Below are positions 37,935 through 47,672 of a stretch of DNA of 64,000 nucleotides, piece after piece; position 1 is the first letter of the stretch, and each line of letters begins with the position of its first letter. A program made the translations under genes and the position numbers. Below the pieces are notes generated by a model that saw only the letters and a program-made list of their open reading frames with translations, had not been told where the DNA came from and made no database searches. The stretch is taken from assembly GCA_040905565.1 (NCBI GenBank), contig JBBDRF010000082.1:9234-73233 (forward strand), in the 5' to 3' direction. The stretch is from Phycisphaeraceae bacterium (lineage in GTDB: Bacteria; Planctomycetota; Phycisphaerae; Phycisphaerales; Zrk34).

Positions 37935-40904
37935 ATGCGATGTGCCTCCACATTGATGGTGCTGCTGCTTTTGCTTGCTACTTCAACTGTCAGCGCGGAG
38001 TTGCGTGTTCTGGCTCATTATCAGTTGGATCAGGATGTCAGGCGGGTGACCTATGTGGTGGGTCCAGAAACACTGCGAAGTGATGGTGGGCAAGACAATG
38101 CGTTGCAGCGAACGGACAGCCCCAGTTTCGTCCCGGCAGCGCCTCCGCATCGCGCCGAGGGCGGCGCGTTGCAGTTCGATGGTGACAAGGACATGTACAG
38201 CCGCGATGAGGCGATCTTCGGCCCGAGCGACAACTTCGTCATGGAGGCATGGGCACTGGCCGAGCAGGCCAACCATGCGGGGTTGCGTGGCGTGGTGGCC
38301 AACGGCAGCGGCGCTCAGGGATATGTGCTGGCACAATCGGGCAATCGCTGGATCGCGTTCGTCGGCGGCGTCGGAGGGTTTGACATGGGCCCGGTTGAAG
38401 AAGGCGTGTGGACGCACCTGGCGATCGTCAACGAGGGCGGCAACGCGCGAGCGTACCTCAACGGTGAACTGGTGCGGGAGATTGCCTTGTCCTCTGCCGT
38501 GGCGCCGCAGTTTCGCATCGGCAATGCCGGTCAGCCCACTGAAGGCTTCAAGGGCATGATTCACAGCGTCCGCGTGGCCACCTTTGCCGTAGGCAGCTTC
38601 AACCCTGATGCCGATTTCCTGCTGGACTATCCGTCGATCAGGCAGGCACGCGTTCAGGCGATCGAACAGCGTGAGCGGCAATTGCGCGCCATCGGCGAGC
38701 AGCCCGGGGTGCAGTTGGTCGAGTCGCTGAGCCATCCGCGGATGCGGAAGGACTGGCTGATTCATCAGATCGATGAACCTGCCGAGGTGTTTCTACAGTT
38801 GGCAGAAGACGGTCAGGCGGGCTACATGATGCTGACCAACGGCCTGATTAGCCGCACGTTTTACATCGGCGAAAATCTCGCCTGCGTCGGTTACCGCAAT
38901 CTTTCCAATGAGGCGGAGTACATTCGCGCGGTGAAGCCGGAGGCTCGGATCAAGCTTGACGGCAAGTGGTATCCCGTCGGTGGTCTGACTGGCCAGCCTG
39001 CGCGTTCCTACCTGCTCGCTGAGTGGATCCCGGACCTTCAAGCGATTCCCACAGCTTTTCAGTTTGTGGGCGTGACCACCGACACGCCGAAGGAACGCTA
39101 CCACTGGCAGGCCAAGTTCAATGCGGTCGAAGCGCCTTGGCCACCTGAGGGATTGCGCGTGACGATGCACTACGAGGCTTCGCCGGACATCAACGCGAAG
39201 CATCGCGGTGTCAGCATTGATGTGCATTATGAGATTTACGAGGGCATCCCGGTGATGGCCAAATCCTTCACCGTTCACAACAACACCGACGATTCGATTG
39301 TTGTCGATGAATTTGAAGCCGAAATCATCGCGATGCCGCAGGACCAGATTCGTCGCATCCACACTGAGAGCGATTATTCATTCCATCTTGTAAACCATAG
39401 TGCGAACGACGGTCACGCCATTGATTCCCCGATGGCCATCACCCACGATGCGCCATCTTATCGTGCCGGTAATACGACGACGCATTGGGAAGTCGATCCC
39501 GAGTATGACACGTGGGCCCATGCCGCAGCATTTGAAGACAAGATGCAAGGCCATATTTTCCGGAATCTGATGATCAGCCGGGTGCCGATGGGGCCGTCGA
39601 AACGAATCAGCGTTGGCGAGACATTCGACTCTTTCCACACGTTCCAGTTATTGCAGGACAGCGATGACGTTGACCGTCGGTCGCTTGGTGTGCGGAAGAT
39701 GTATCGCACGATCGCGCCGCAGGTGACGGAGCATCTGCTTGCCGCCAGCACGCCGTCGCAGGATCCGGAGGTCCTTTATCCGTTGATCGACCACATGCAC
39801 GAGTTGGGTTTTGAGCGACTGGACATCAGCTTCTGGCCCGGCATTTCGCACGACAATCTCGACCCCGCCTATGTCAAGAAATGGCGTGAGATCACGGCGT
39901 ATGCGAAGGAACGCGGCATCATCACAGGCGGTTACGAGCTGATGGTGGCCGCACGCAGCAGGGGTGCTGACGTGGACGTGGTGGACCCCGCCACCGGCAA
40001 ACCGGGCAGCCCCTTTGGCAGCAGCGTCTGCCTGGCCAGTAAATGGTCGGATAACTATTTCCCGAAAGTATGGGAGTTTCTCGACCGTACAGGTTTCGGC
40101 TCGCTCAATCCTGATGGCCCGTACCACGGCTGTGCCTGTGCCTCGACCGGCCACAAGTATCATCGCGGGCTCGAAGATTCACAGTGGGCACAGTGGGAAC
40201 AACAGGTCCGGGTTTTCCACGAGGTACAACGACGGAACATGTGGGCCCCAGCGCCGGACTGGTATTTCCTCAACGGTCAGGCCTCCACGGGGATGGGCTA
40301 TCGTGAAGCCAGTGCCAACCTGGCACGCGAGCAGGCGCTGCTGCTCTACCGGCAGTACATTTACGATGGAACCTTCTTCAAGACGCCATCCATGGGATGG
40401 ATGACCATCGGCCTGATCCCCACGTACAACGCCGACCCGGGCGCGATCCTCGAACCGCTGTCGGAGAACATCGCGTGGTATGAATTGCATCTGGTACAGC
40501 TTCTCGCTTCAGGCGCGCAGCCAAGCTTCCGCGCGAACCGGTTGTACGATTCGCCGGAAACCAGGGCGATGGTCAAGAAGTGGGTTGACTGGTTCGAGCA
40601 GTATCGCGAGATACTGATGAGCGACCTGATCCATGTGCGTCGCCCCGATGGGCGGGACATTGACGTGATGCTGCACGTGAACCCGCGTTTGCCGGAGAAA
40701 GGGATGGCGATCTTCTTCAACCCGCTCAACGAATCGATGACGCGAGAAGTAACGCTGCCGCTTTACTATACCGGGCTGACCGGCTCCGCGATGATCCGCG
40801 AAGAGGAAGGTGACGCGGTCGAATACAGGTTGAATGACCGTTTTGAAGCCGTGCTGGAGGTTACCCTGCCGCCGCGTGGGTTTACCTGGTATGTCGTTGA
40901 ATAG
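37935..40904 (+). CDS. Secreted LamG-domain plus alpha-galactosidase-like glycoside hydrolase
   Basis: Signal peptide; LamG (FDG, EAW, WTHLAIV, YLNG, FKG.I..VRV); LTNGLISRTF, RAVKPEA, YEIYEGIP, MYRTIAP.VTE, DGPY, GYRE, SDLIHVRRPDGRDID..LHVNP, LPLYYTGL. Confidence 0.75.
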   Translation: MRCASTLMVLLLLLATSTVSAELRVLAHYQLDQDVRRVTYVVGPETLRSDGGQDNALQRTDSPSFVPAAPPHRAEGGALQFDGDKDMYSRDEAIFGPSDNFVMEAWALAEQANHAGLRGVVANGSGAQGYVLAQSGNRWIAFVGGVGGFDMGPVEEGVWTHLAIVNEGGNARAYLNGELVREIALSSAVAPQFRIGNAGQPTEGFKGMIHSVRVATFAVGSFNPDADFLLDYPSIRQARVQAIEQRERQLRAIGEQPGVQLVESLSHPRMRKDWLIHQIDEPAEVFLQLAEDGQAGYMMLTNGLISRTFYIGENLACVGYRNLSNEAEYIRAVKPEARIKLDGKWYPVGGLTGQPARSYLLAEWIPDLQAIPTAFQFVGVTTDTPKERYHWQAKFNAVEAPWPPEGLRVTMHYEASPDINAKHRGVSIDVHYEIYEGIPVMAKSFTVHNNTDDSIVVDEFEAEIIAMPQDQIRRIHTESDYSFHLVNHSANDGHAIDSPMAITHDAPSYRAGNTTTHWEVDPEYDTWAHAAAFEDKMQGHIFRNLMISRVPMGPSKRISVGETFDSFHTFQLLQDSDDVDRRSLGVRKMYRTIAPQVTEHLLAASTPSQDPEVLYPLIDHMHELGFERLDISFWPGISHDNLDPAYVKKWREITAYAKERGIITGGYELMVAARSRGADVDVVDPATGKPGSPFGSSVCLASKWSDNYFPKVWEFLDRTGFGSLNPDGPYHGCACASTGHKYHRGLEDSQWAQWEQQVRVFHEVQRRNMWAPAPDWYFLNGQASTGMGYREASANLAREQALLLYRQYIYDGTFFKTPSMGWMTIGLIPTYNADPGAILEPLSENIAWYELHLVQLLASGAQPSFRANRLYDSPETRAMVKKWVDWFEQYREILMSDLIHVRRPDGRDIDVMLHVNPRLPEKGMAIFFNPLNESMTREVTLPLYYTGLTGSAMIREEEGDAVEYRLNDRFEAVLEVTLPPRGFTWYVVE

Positions 40905-40916
40905 GGAGGCCATTTT

Positions 40917-40946
40917 TTGCGTGCCGAACCGTGCAATGCGTATAAT
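40917..40946 (+). promoter_or_regulatory. Sigma70-like promoter of the DUF1080 gene
   Basis: TTGCGT-N18-TATAAT. Confidence 0.45.
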
Positions 40947-40987
40947 GGTCTTCTAGGAATGAATCACCCTCTACTCTGGAGAGCATC

Positions 40988-41758
40988 TTGATGTCTACCC
41001 GTTTCAGCCTGGCCGTCCTGACTGCGTTCGCATGCGTTTTGGTGGCTGCGCCGGCCTTTGCCGATGACCGCAACCCGCACAGCTGGGAGATTCACGACGG
41101 GGAGCGTCCTCAGCCTCCGAAGGTGGATCCCGGCCCGTACACCGGCCCGCTGACGCCGCCTGGAGACGCGATCGTCCTCTTCGACGGGACGAACTTCGAC
41201 CACTGGCGCGGCAACGATGGAGACGCGGCCTGGCGCATCATCGAAGACGAGAAAGCCATGCAAGTCGTCCCCGAATCGGGCGACATCCAGACCCGCGAAA
41301 GCTTCAGCGATGTGCAGCTGTACGTCGAGTTCAAGACCGACCCGGACTCGCCTGGCTCGGGCCAATCACGCTCGAACTCGGGCGTCTTCTTCGGCCCATA
41401 TGAAGTGCAGGTGCTCGACACGTACGACAACCCGACCTACGCCGACGGCATCGCGGGATCGATCTATGGCCAGTACCCGCCGCTGGTGAACGCGTCACGC
41501 CCGGCCGGCGAATGGCAAAGCTTCAACATCATCTATCGTGCTCCCAGCTTCGACGAGGACGGCGCGATTGAGGAACCTGCCCGCATCACGGTCTTCCACA
41601 ACAACATCCTGGTCCAGGATAGCGAACCGCTGGTCGGGCCGACGTCCCACGGGGAGCGTACGGACTACTTCCCGCACGGCGATCTGCACATCCGACTCCA
41701 GGACCACCGCGACGACCCGATCCACTTCCGCAACATCTGGGTCCGCGAACTCAACTAA
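40988..41758 (+). CDS. DUF1080 / 3-keto-disaccharide hydrolase family protein
   Basis: Signal peptide; PPGDAIVLFDG, NSGVF, YEVQVLD, GSIYGQ.PP.VNA, WQSFNI, LQDH, FRNIWVR. Confidence 0.9.
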   Translation: MMSTRFSLAVLTAFACVLVAAPAFADDRNPHSWEIHDGERPQPPKVDPGPYTGPLTPPGDAIVLFDGTNFDHWRGNDGDAAWRIIEDEKAMQVVPESGDIQTRESFSDVQLYVEFKTDPDSPGSGQSRSNSGVFFGPYEVQVLDTYDNPTYADGIAGSIYGQYPPLVNASRPAGEWQSFNIIYRAPSFDEDGAIEEPARITVFHNNILVQDSEPLVGPTSHGERTDYFPHGDLHIRLQDHRDDPIHFRNIWVRELN

Positions 41759-41793
41759 CCCCCCACCGCCCCCCTACTTTTCGAGTTAACACG

Positions 41794-41826
41794 AACCGAC
41801 GGCCCGACTGGGTCGTCGGTTTTTTT
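41794..41826 (+). terminator. Rho-independent terminator
   Basis: AACCGACGGCCC-GACT-GGGTCGTCGGTT hairpin followed by a T tract. Confidence 0.8.
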
Positions 41827-41925
41827 CTTGGTTGCACGGGGAGCCGGGCTGTCCCGAGCCCGGGCTGGTCGGGGAGGTTGGCTGGCGGGCTTCATCATCT
41901 TGCGACGACGTGCTATTGTGAGGGC

Positions 41926-42495
41926 ATGATTGATGTCGCACTTAAAGAATGGTCCATCGTTTGCGATCTGCTGATGGAGGGGTCGCTGGCGTTGCTGCTT
42001 CGCAAGGGTGGGATTCACGAGGATTATGGGCCGGGCGTGTTTCGGCTGGAGCATCCGCGGTTCGCGCTGTTTCCGTCGTACCTGCACCAGAAGCCGCCCG
42101 CGATCAAGCCCGCTTTTCGTGAGCGTGTGAAGGTGCTGGAGGAGCCGGCTTATGTCGAGCTGCCGGGGGTGGGGTCGGCTGAGAAAATTTGGGAGGTGCC
42201 TTCGCGAGAAGCCTTCGAGCAACTGGACGATCTGCATCCGTGGACGGCGGAACATCTGGACATGCGTTTCAACTACAAGCCCGACCACCCGCTTTACGTG
42301 GTGGCGGTGCGGGCGGCGAAGCTTCCGACGCCGAAGCGTGTGGAAAATGATTGGACGTACGGCGGCTGCAAAAGCTGGGTGCCGCTCAAAGAAAATGACG
42401 TGGTGGATGAGTCCACCGCCACGCCCGTGCTGAGCGACGAAGCATTCGCAGCGATGCTTGCCCGGATCGATCGGACGTTCGCAGCGGCAAGGTAA
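41926..42495 (+). CDS. DUF1802 family protein
   Basis: ALKEW, LLRKGGIHE, F.LFPSYLHQ, HPWT, YGGCKSWV. Confidence 0.88.
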   Translation: MIDVALKEWSIVCDLLMEGSLALLLRKGGIHEDYGPGVFRLEHPRFALFPSYLHQKPPAIKPAFRERVKVLEEPAYVELPGVGSAEKIWEVPSREAFEQLDDLHPWTAEHLDMRFNYKPDHPLYVVAVRAAKLPTPKRVENDWTYGGCKSWVPLKENDVVDESTATPVLSDEAFAAMLARIDRTFAAAR

Positions 42496-42524
42496 GCGTT
42501 TGGCCGGCCGCTGAATGGCGGGAG

Positions 42525-43151
42525 TCAGCCGACGACGAGGAAGACAATGAACATGACGACCCAGACGATGTGGAGGAAATGCCAGTAGATTTCCATGTGC
42601 CTTAGCGTGAGCGGATCGGGGTAAGGCGGCTGGTCGCGGAGCGTTCGGAGGGTCAGCCAGGAGAGCGGAACGAAGCCGCCGAGCACGTGGAGCCCGTGGA
42701 GGGCGACGAGCATGCCGGTGAAGCCGTACATGGCGAAGTTGTTTTCGAGATGAACCCAGTGCTCGGCCATCAGCGTGCGCAATGCGGGCAGTTGGATGCT
42801 GACAAAGACGACGCCGAGCAGAAGTGTGATCACCAGCAGCGTGCGGACGCGGCCGAGCGCCTGGTCGACCGCCGCCCGCTGGGCCAGATGCATCGTCAAG
42901 CCCGAGACAACGAGGACCACCGTGGAGACCCACAGCCCCAGCGGCAACTGCATTTCGCCCGGCGGCGGTGCGTTGGGATTGGTCATGCGGATGATGACGT
43001 AGCCTGCGATGCCTGCGAGGAAGAAGACGATCAGCGAAACGAGAAAAAGCAGCAGCCCCAGCCCAGCCGGCGTCAGTGAAAAACGCCACCCCCCGGGTTC
43101 GTCGCCGTCATCGTATCGGCGCGGTTCGTCTTCAGGAAAAGGCGGTCTCAT
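42525..43151 (-). CDS. Second cytochrome c oxidase subunit III-like protein
   Basis: GLLLFLVS..VFF, STVVLVVSG.T, TGMLVALHGLHVLGG, YWHFL.IVW. Confidence 0.85.
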   Translation of the reverse strand: MRPPFPEDEPRRYDDGDEPGGWRFSLTPAGLGLLLFLVSLIVFFLAGIAGYVIIRMTNPNAPPPGEMQLPLGLWVSTVVLVVSGLTMHLAQRAAVDQALGRVRTLLVITLLLGVVFVSIQLPALRTLMAEHWVHLENNFAMYGFTGMLVALHGLHVLGGFVPLSWLTLRTLRDQPPYPDPLTLRHMEIYWHFLHIVWVVMFIVFLVVG

Positions 43152-43537
43152 CCACCGGGTCCAACTAAGCCTTCACGCTCGGTGATAGGCATCATTTGAG
43201 GGGCGTACTGATCCGTATCGACGATCGCAAACCACAGGAACAGCGCAAGGAAGAGGAAAGCCGCGATCAGGGCCACGGCGTTGAACGGGCTGTCCCACCG
43301 CAGGTGCATGAAATAGAGGGCGACGAGCGAGGCCTTCACCGCAGCGATCAATAGCGCCACCGGCAGGTTCAAACCGCCCAAATCCACCAGCGTCACCGCC
43401 ACGGTGATGACGGTCAGCGCCAGCAGGGCTGCGAAAACCCCGGCGAGCATCGGCAACGGAACCACGTGGGGGTGGTAGCGTCCGTGGTGGTGTTCTTCGC
43501 CGCTGGTGCTGTGTTCTGTCGTCGCGTGATCTGCCAT
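43148..43537 (-). CDS. Cytochrome c oxidase subunit IV (caa3-type)
   Basis: His-rich N-terminus, ALLALTVITV, IAAVKASLV.LYFMHL.WD. Confidence 0.9.
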   Translation of the reverse strand: MADHATTEHSTSGEEHHHGRYHPHVVPLPMLAGVFAALLALTVITVAVTLVDLGGLNLPVALLIAAVKASLVALYFMHLRWDSPFNAVALIAAFLFLALFLWFAIVDTDQYAPQMMPITEREGLVGPGG

Positions 43538-43600
43538 GACTGCTTCCGTTTCCGCTTATGCTCAATCCTTACCTGCCCGACGTGCCGAGAGCCTGCTCTG

Positions 43601-44593
43601 CTAGATCAGGTACAGCAGCGGGAACAGGAAGATCCAGACCAAGTCGACCAGATGCCAGTAGAGGCCGACCAGGTCCACCGGTGCATTATATTCGCTATTG
43701 AACTCGCCCTGCTTGACGCGGAGCATGATCCAGCCGATGAGCCCCATGCCGATGAGCACGTGGATACCGTGGAGCCCGGTCATGAGGAAATAGATGCTGA
43801 AGAACGGCCGAGCCTGAAGGAGCTGCTCGGGCGGATGCTTCCAGTAATAGCCTTCGGGCATCTCGGCGAGATCGGCATGACGAGCGGTCTTCCGCTCTAC
43901 CCGCTCAACGATACCCTGCTCGGCGACCTCTCCGCCAGAGGGGAGCGCCGTTCCGTTCGTATTCGTGGAGGCCGCCGCTTGGCCGTCTGCTTCGCCCGAG
44001 GCGTCGTCTTGCGGCGCGGCGTCGGCGGTCTCGGCGGTGCCGCCGGCGTCGGCAACTTCGGGGGAGTCAGCAACTCCGGCGACTTCGGTGGCTTCAGGGT
44101 GTTCGGCGAAATATTTGACGGCCCGTTCGGGGGCTTCGTAGAAGATACCGGGGCCCATGCCCGCGGAGAACTTCGTGTCGTATTCGATGGCCTTGATGCC
44201 CATGAAGATCACGCCGCCGAGCAGCGTCAGCCCCATCAGCGTGAAGCATAGCGCCTGCTGGTTAAGCTGAATCGCCCGCACCGCCCACGCCATCGTAAAG
44301 CTTGACGCTAGCAGCACCAGCGTGTTGAACGCCCCATACTCCCAACTGAGGTAGGCGTAGCCGATGTCGAAGGCTTCGAAGTTGTTGGCGCGCCAGACGG
44401 CGTAGGCGCAGAACAGGCCTCCGAACATGAGAATTTCGGTCGCGAGGAACACCCACATGCCCAGTTTGCCGGCATCGACCTGCTGCACCATCGTGTCGAA
44501 ATGGTGTGCCTGGTAAGGCGGATGCTGATGATGCTCCGGCGGAGGCGGCGGGGCCTGTTCAGGCGTCTTCGTTGTCGTGGGAGGTTCACTCAT
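43601..44593 (-). CDS. ctaE: Cytochrome c oxidase subunit III with acidic insertion
   Basis: HHF...Q.DAGKLGMWVFLATEILMFGGLF, NTLVLLASS, YFLMTGLHGIHV, GLYWHLVDLVWIFLFPLLYL. Confidence 0.93.
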   Translation of the reverse strand: MSEPPTTTKTPEQAPPPPPEHHQHPPYQAHHFDTMVQQVDAGKLGMWVFLATEILMFGGLFCAYAVWRANNFEAFDIGYAYLSWEYGAFNTLVLLASSFTMAWAVRAIQLNQQALCFTLMGLTLLGGVIFMGIKAIEYDTKFSAGMGPGIFYEAPERAVKYFAEHPEATEVAGVADSPEVADAGGTAETADAAPQDDASGEADGQAAASTNTNGTALPSGGEVAEQGIVERVERKTARHADLAEMPEGYYWKHPPEQLLQARPFFSIYFLMTGLHGIHVLIGMGLIGWIMLRVKQGEFNSEYNAPVDLVGLYWHLVDLVWIFLFPLLYLI

Positions 44594-44666
44594 ATCCGTT
44601 TACCGTCGTTTTTTGACTGCCTTGCGTGGCTGGGTTCGCGACGCGATGGGTGGTGGTCGATTGCGG

Positions 44667-46355
44667 TCAATGCTCCGCCTGGCGAGGCTCGGCTGCTCGA
44701 ACGTAGTCGTCGCGTTCTTCGTCGTAATCGATATTCTGGAAGTCGTACAGGTTGCCGCCGTAGGGCGTGCCGTGGAAGTTCTCGTGCGGCGGCGGGGAGG
44801 CGGTCTGCCATTCGAGCGTCGTAGCGCCCCAAACATTCATGCCGCACCGGCGCCCGGCCATGAGCGAGTGCAGCAGCACGCCGGCCATGACCAGGAAGCC
44901 GATCAACTGCACCCAGGCTCCGACCGTGGAGACCTGATGGTAGAGCGTGAATTCCGGCAGATAGTTCGCGTATCGTCGGGGCATGCCCTGCATCCCCATG
45001 ATGAACTGGATGAAGAACGTCAGGTTGAAGCCGATGAAGATCAGCGCCCAACTGACAACCATCCACTTTTCGCTGAAGAGCTTGCCGAACATTTTCGGCC
45101 ACCAGTAGATGAGCCCGCCGAGGAACGCGAACACCGTGCCGCCGACCATCACGTAGTGGAAGTGGGCGACGACGAAGTAGGTATCGTGCAGCGGGATATT
45201 CGTAGACATCGTGCCGAGTGGCAGGCCCGTGAGCCCACCGAGCGTGAACACCCAGATGAAGGACATGGCGTAAAGCATGGGGGACTTGAGATCGATCGAC
45301 CCGTCGTGCATCGTCGCCAGCCAGTTGAAGACCTTCACCGCGGAGGGGATGGCGATGGAGAAGGTGATGAGGCTGAAGATGGTGCCCGCCAGGGCGCTTT
45401 GGCCGGTGACGAACATGTGGTGGCCCCACACGAGGAATCCCAGCAGCGCGATGGCGATGGAGGAGAAGGCGATGAACTTGTAGCCGAACACGTGCTTATG
45501 GCTGAACGTGGCGACCAGTTCACTGACGATGCCCATCGCGGGGAGGATCATGATATAGACAGCGGGATGGCTGTAGAACCAGAAGAAGTGCTGATAGAGC
45601 ACCGCGTCGCCGCCGAGCGCCGGGTCGAAGATGCCGATGCCGATCGCCCGTTCGGTGATCAGCAGCAGCAGCGTGATCGCGAGGACGGGGGTGGCGAGGA
45701 TCTGGATGATGGCGGTGGAGTAGAGCGCCCAGAGGAACAGGGGCATGCGGAACCATGTCATGCCCGGGGCGCGGAGCATGTGGATGGTGGCGATGAAGTT
45801 CAGGCCTGTGAGGATGGAGCTGAAGCCGAGGATGAACACGCCCATGACGGCGGGGATGACGCCGCCCGCACCGAGGCTGGTGGAGTACGGGGTGTAGAAG
45901 GTCCAGCCGGTGTCGATGCCGCCGGACAGGAGGGCGACGACGAAGAAGACCGCGCCGAAGCACCAGAGGTAGAAGCTGGTGAGGTTCAGGCGTGGGAAGG
46001 CGACGTCCTTCGTGCCGAGCATGATGGGCAGCATGAAGTTGCCCAGTGCCGCGGGGATGCCTGGGATGATGAACAGGAACACCATGATCGCGCCGTGGAG
46101 CGTGAACATCTGGTTGTACATGTCCGAGCCCATCAGCGTTGAGCCGGGGGCGACGTGCTCGGTGCGGACGAGTATGGCGAACATGCCGCCCAGGAAGAAC
46201 GAGGAGAGGATCGCGACGAGATACATCACGCCGATGCGTTTGTGATCCAGCGTCGTCAACCATGACCACAAGCCTCGGCTGTGGTTGAGGTAGTTCAGCT
46301 CGCTGCCGTGCGGGCCGTGAGGCTCAATGTTCGTATTGGTGGCGGTCGTGCTCAT
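44667..46355 (-). CDS. ctaD: Cytochrome c oxidase subunit I, A2 type
   Basis: [29 protein letters not shown] (YSHPxV = A2 signature), [24 protein letters not shown]. Confidence 0.97.
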   Translation of the reverse strand: MSTTATNTNIEPHGPHGSELNYLNHSRGLWSWLTTLDHKRIGVMYLVAILSSFFLGGMFAILVRTEHVAPGSTLMGSDMYNQMFTLHGAIMVFLFIIPGIPAALGNFMLPIMLGTKDVAFPRLNLTSFYLWCFGAVFFVVALLSGGIDTGWTFYTPYSTSLGAGGVIPAVMGVFILGFSSILTGLNFIATIHMLRAPGMTWFRMPLFLWALYSTAIIQILATPVLAITLLLLITERAIGIGIFDPALGGDAVLYQHFFWFYSHPAVYIMILPAMGIVSELVATFSHKHVFGYKFIAFSSIAIALLGFLVWGHHMFVTGQSALAGTIFSLITFSIAIPSAVKVFNWLATMHDGSIDLKSPMLYAMSFIWVFTLGGLTGLPLGTMSTNIPLHDTYFVVAHFHYVMVGGTVFAFLGGLIYWWPKMFGKLFSEKWMVVSWALIFIGFNLTFFIQFIMGMQGMPRRYANYLPEFTLYHQVSTVGAWVQLIGFLVMAGVLLHSLMAGRRCGMNVWGATTLEWQTASPPPHENFHGTPYGGNLYDFQNIDYDEERDDYVRAAEPRQAEH

Positions 46356-46382
46356 GAGCAGTCTCTTGCGTGATCGGCGGCC

Positions 46383-47672
46383 TTACGGCAGCGTCGTCAG
46401 GTACTGGATAATCGCGTCAATCTCGTCTTCGTCGGTGACGAGGCCCGGGGGCATGGCGGGCGGATAGCCTGCCCTCACGTCGGCCATGGGGTCGAGGATC
46501 GAACGCCTGAGATAGTTTCGGTCAGTCGTCAGCACGGTCCCGTCGGCCATCTCGTGCTCTTTGTTGTAGACGCCCTCGGCGAAGGAGGGAGCGGCGACGC
46601 CCGTGGGGTCCGCATCCGGCAACTGATGACAGCCGGCACAACCACGCGTGCGGAACAACTGCTCGCCCCATTCGATGGGATCGTCCGGCCGGGCGAAATC
46701 GGGCGGCTCCCAACCTGCGGGATGCACGACGACCCGCGCCATCATCTCCGAGTGATTCGTCCCGCAATATTCGGTGCAGTAGAGGATGTGGCCGTCGTCT
46801 TCCAACGCGATCATCCGCTCGCGAATCGCCACGTCCAGCTTCTCGGACTCATCCATCTCCGCGAGCCGACGCTCGACCTCTTCCTCAAGCGGCAACTGCG
46901 GCTCCTGCTCCGCTTCGGGTTCGGCCTCGGGCTGCGGCGCTTCGCCGTTTTCTGCAGCCTCGGCGGCCTCGGCTTCGGCCTGCTCCGCCTGCTGCTGGGC
47001 GCGTTCGCGCTCGGTTGTGATGCGGTCACGCAGATCGGCGCGAACGATTGCGTCGAGTTCCTCGCCCTCAGGCAGCGGCTCGTCGGCACCGGGCGTGGTG
47101 CCCAGGGCGCGGAACCAGAGGTTGGTGTAGCGGCCGGGCACGACGTCACGCTTGATGCGGAAGGTCGGAATGTACAGGCTGTGGATCACGTCACTGGAGT
47201 TCATCACCAGCCGCACGTTCTCGCCTTCGGGCACGTGCAGGTGCGGGCTCTGGAAACCGTTGGGATGCGTGAACGTCCAGCTCCACGTACGTGCGGAAAC
47301 GCTGATTTCGTAGGCGTCGCCCGGCGGCGTGTTGAACTTTTGGAACCCTTGGAAGCCGAGGTAGAACATGAAGATCACGATGATGGCCGGCGGCAGCGAC
47401 CAGCTCAGCTCGAGCGCTGTATTGTGACTGGACTGCGACCCGGCGCGATCGTTGGGGCTTCGCCTGCGGTACTTGAAGGCGAACCACAACATCAGCGCGA
47501 TGATGAGCACGAAGAAGAACACCGTGACGGCGTTGATGAAGTGCATCGCGAAGTCGATGTGCTCAGCGTGGTTCGATGCCCCGGGGGGCATGAAGTACTT
47601 CGATTCGGTCTGCGCCAGCGCGGTCGCGGGGGTGCCGCCGAGTATTGCTGTTAACACCATGGGCTTGGTCAT
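46383..47672 (-). CDS. ctaC: Cytochrome c oxidase subunit II with CuA site and C-terminal cytochrome c (caa3)
   Basis: Two TM helices, LELSWS, DVIHS, CTEYCGTNHSEM, C-terminal CAGCH...PAMP. Confidence 0.95.
   Translation of the reverse strand: MTKPMVLTAILGGTPATALAQTESKYFMPPGASNHAEHIDFAMHFINAVTVFFFVLIIALMLWFAFKYRRRSPNDRAGSQSSHNTALELSWSLPPAIIVIFMFYLGFQGFQKFNTPPGDAYEISVSARTWSWTFTHPNGFQSPHLHVPEGENVRLVMNSSDVIHSLYIPTFRIKRDVVPGRYTNLWFRALGTTPGADEPLPEGEELDAIVRADLRDRITTERERAQQQAEQAEAEAAEAAENGEAPQPEAEPEAEQEPQLPLEEEVERRLAEMDESEKLDVAIRERMIALEDDGHILYCTEYCGTNHSEMMARVVVHPAGWEPPDFARPDDPIEWGEQLFRTRGCAGCHQLPDADPTGVAAPSFAEGVYNKEHEMADGTVLTTDRNYLRRSILDPMADVRAGYPPAMPPGLVTDEDEIDAIIQYLTTLP

Noticed and set aside
44577..46142. 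521-aa plus-strand ORF and the 279-aa alternate-frame ORF 44590-45429
   Set aside because: Both overlap intact ctaD, have no recognisable domains and give no sign of a frameshift
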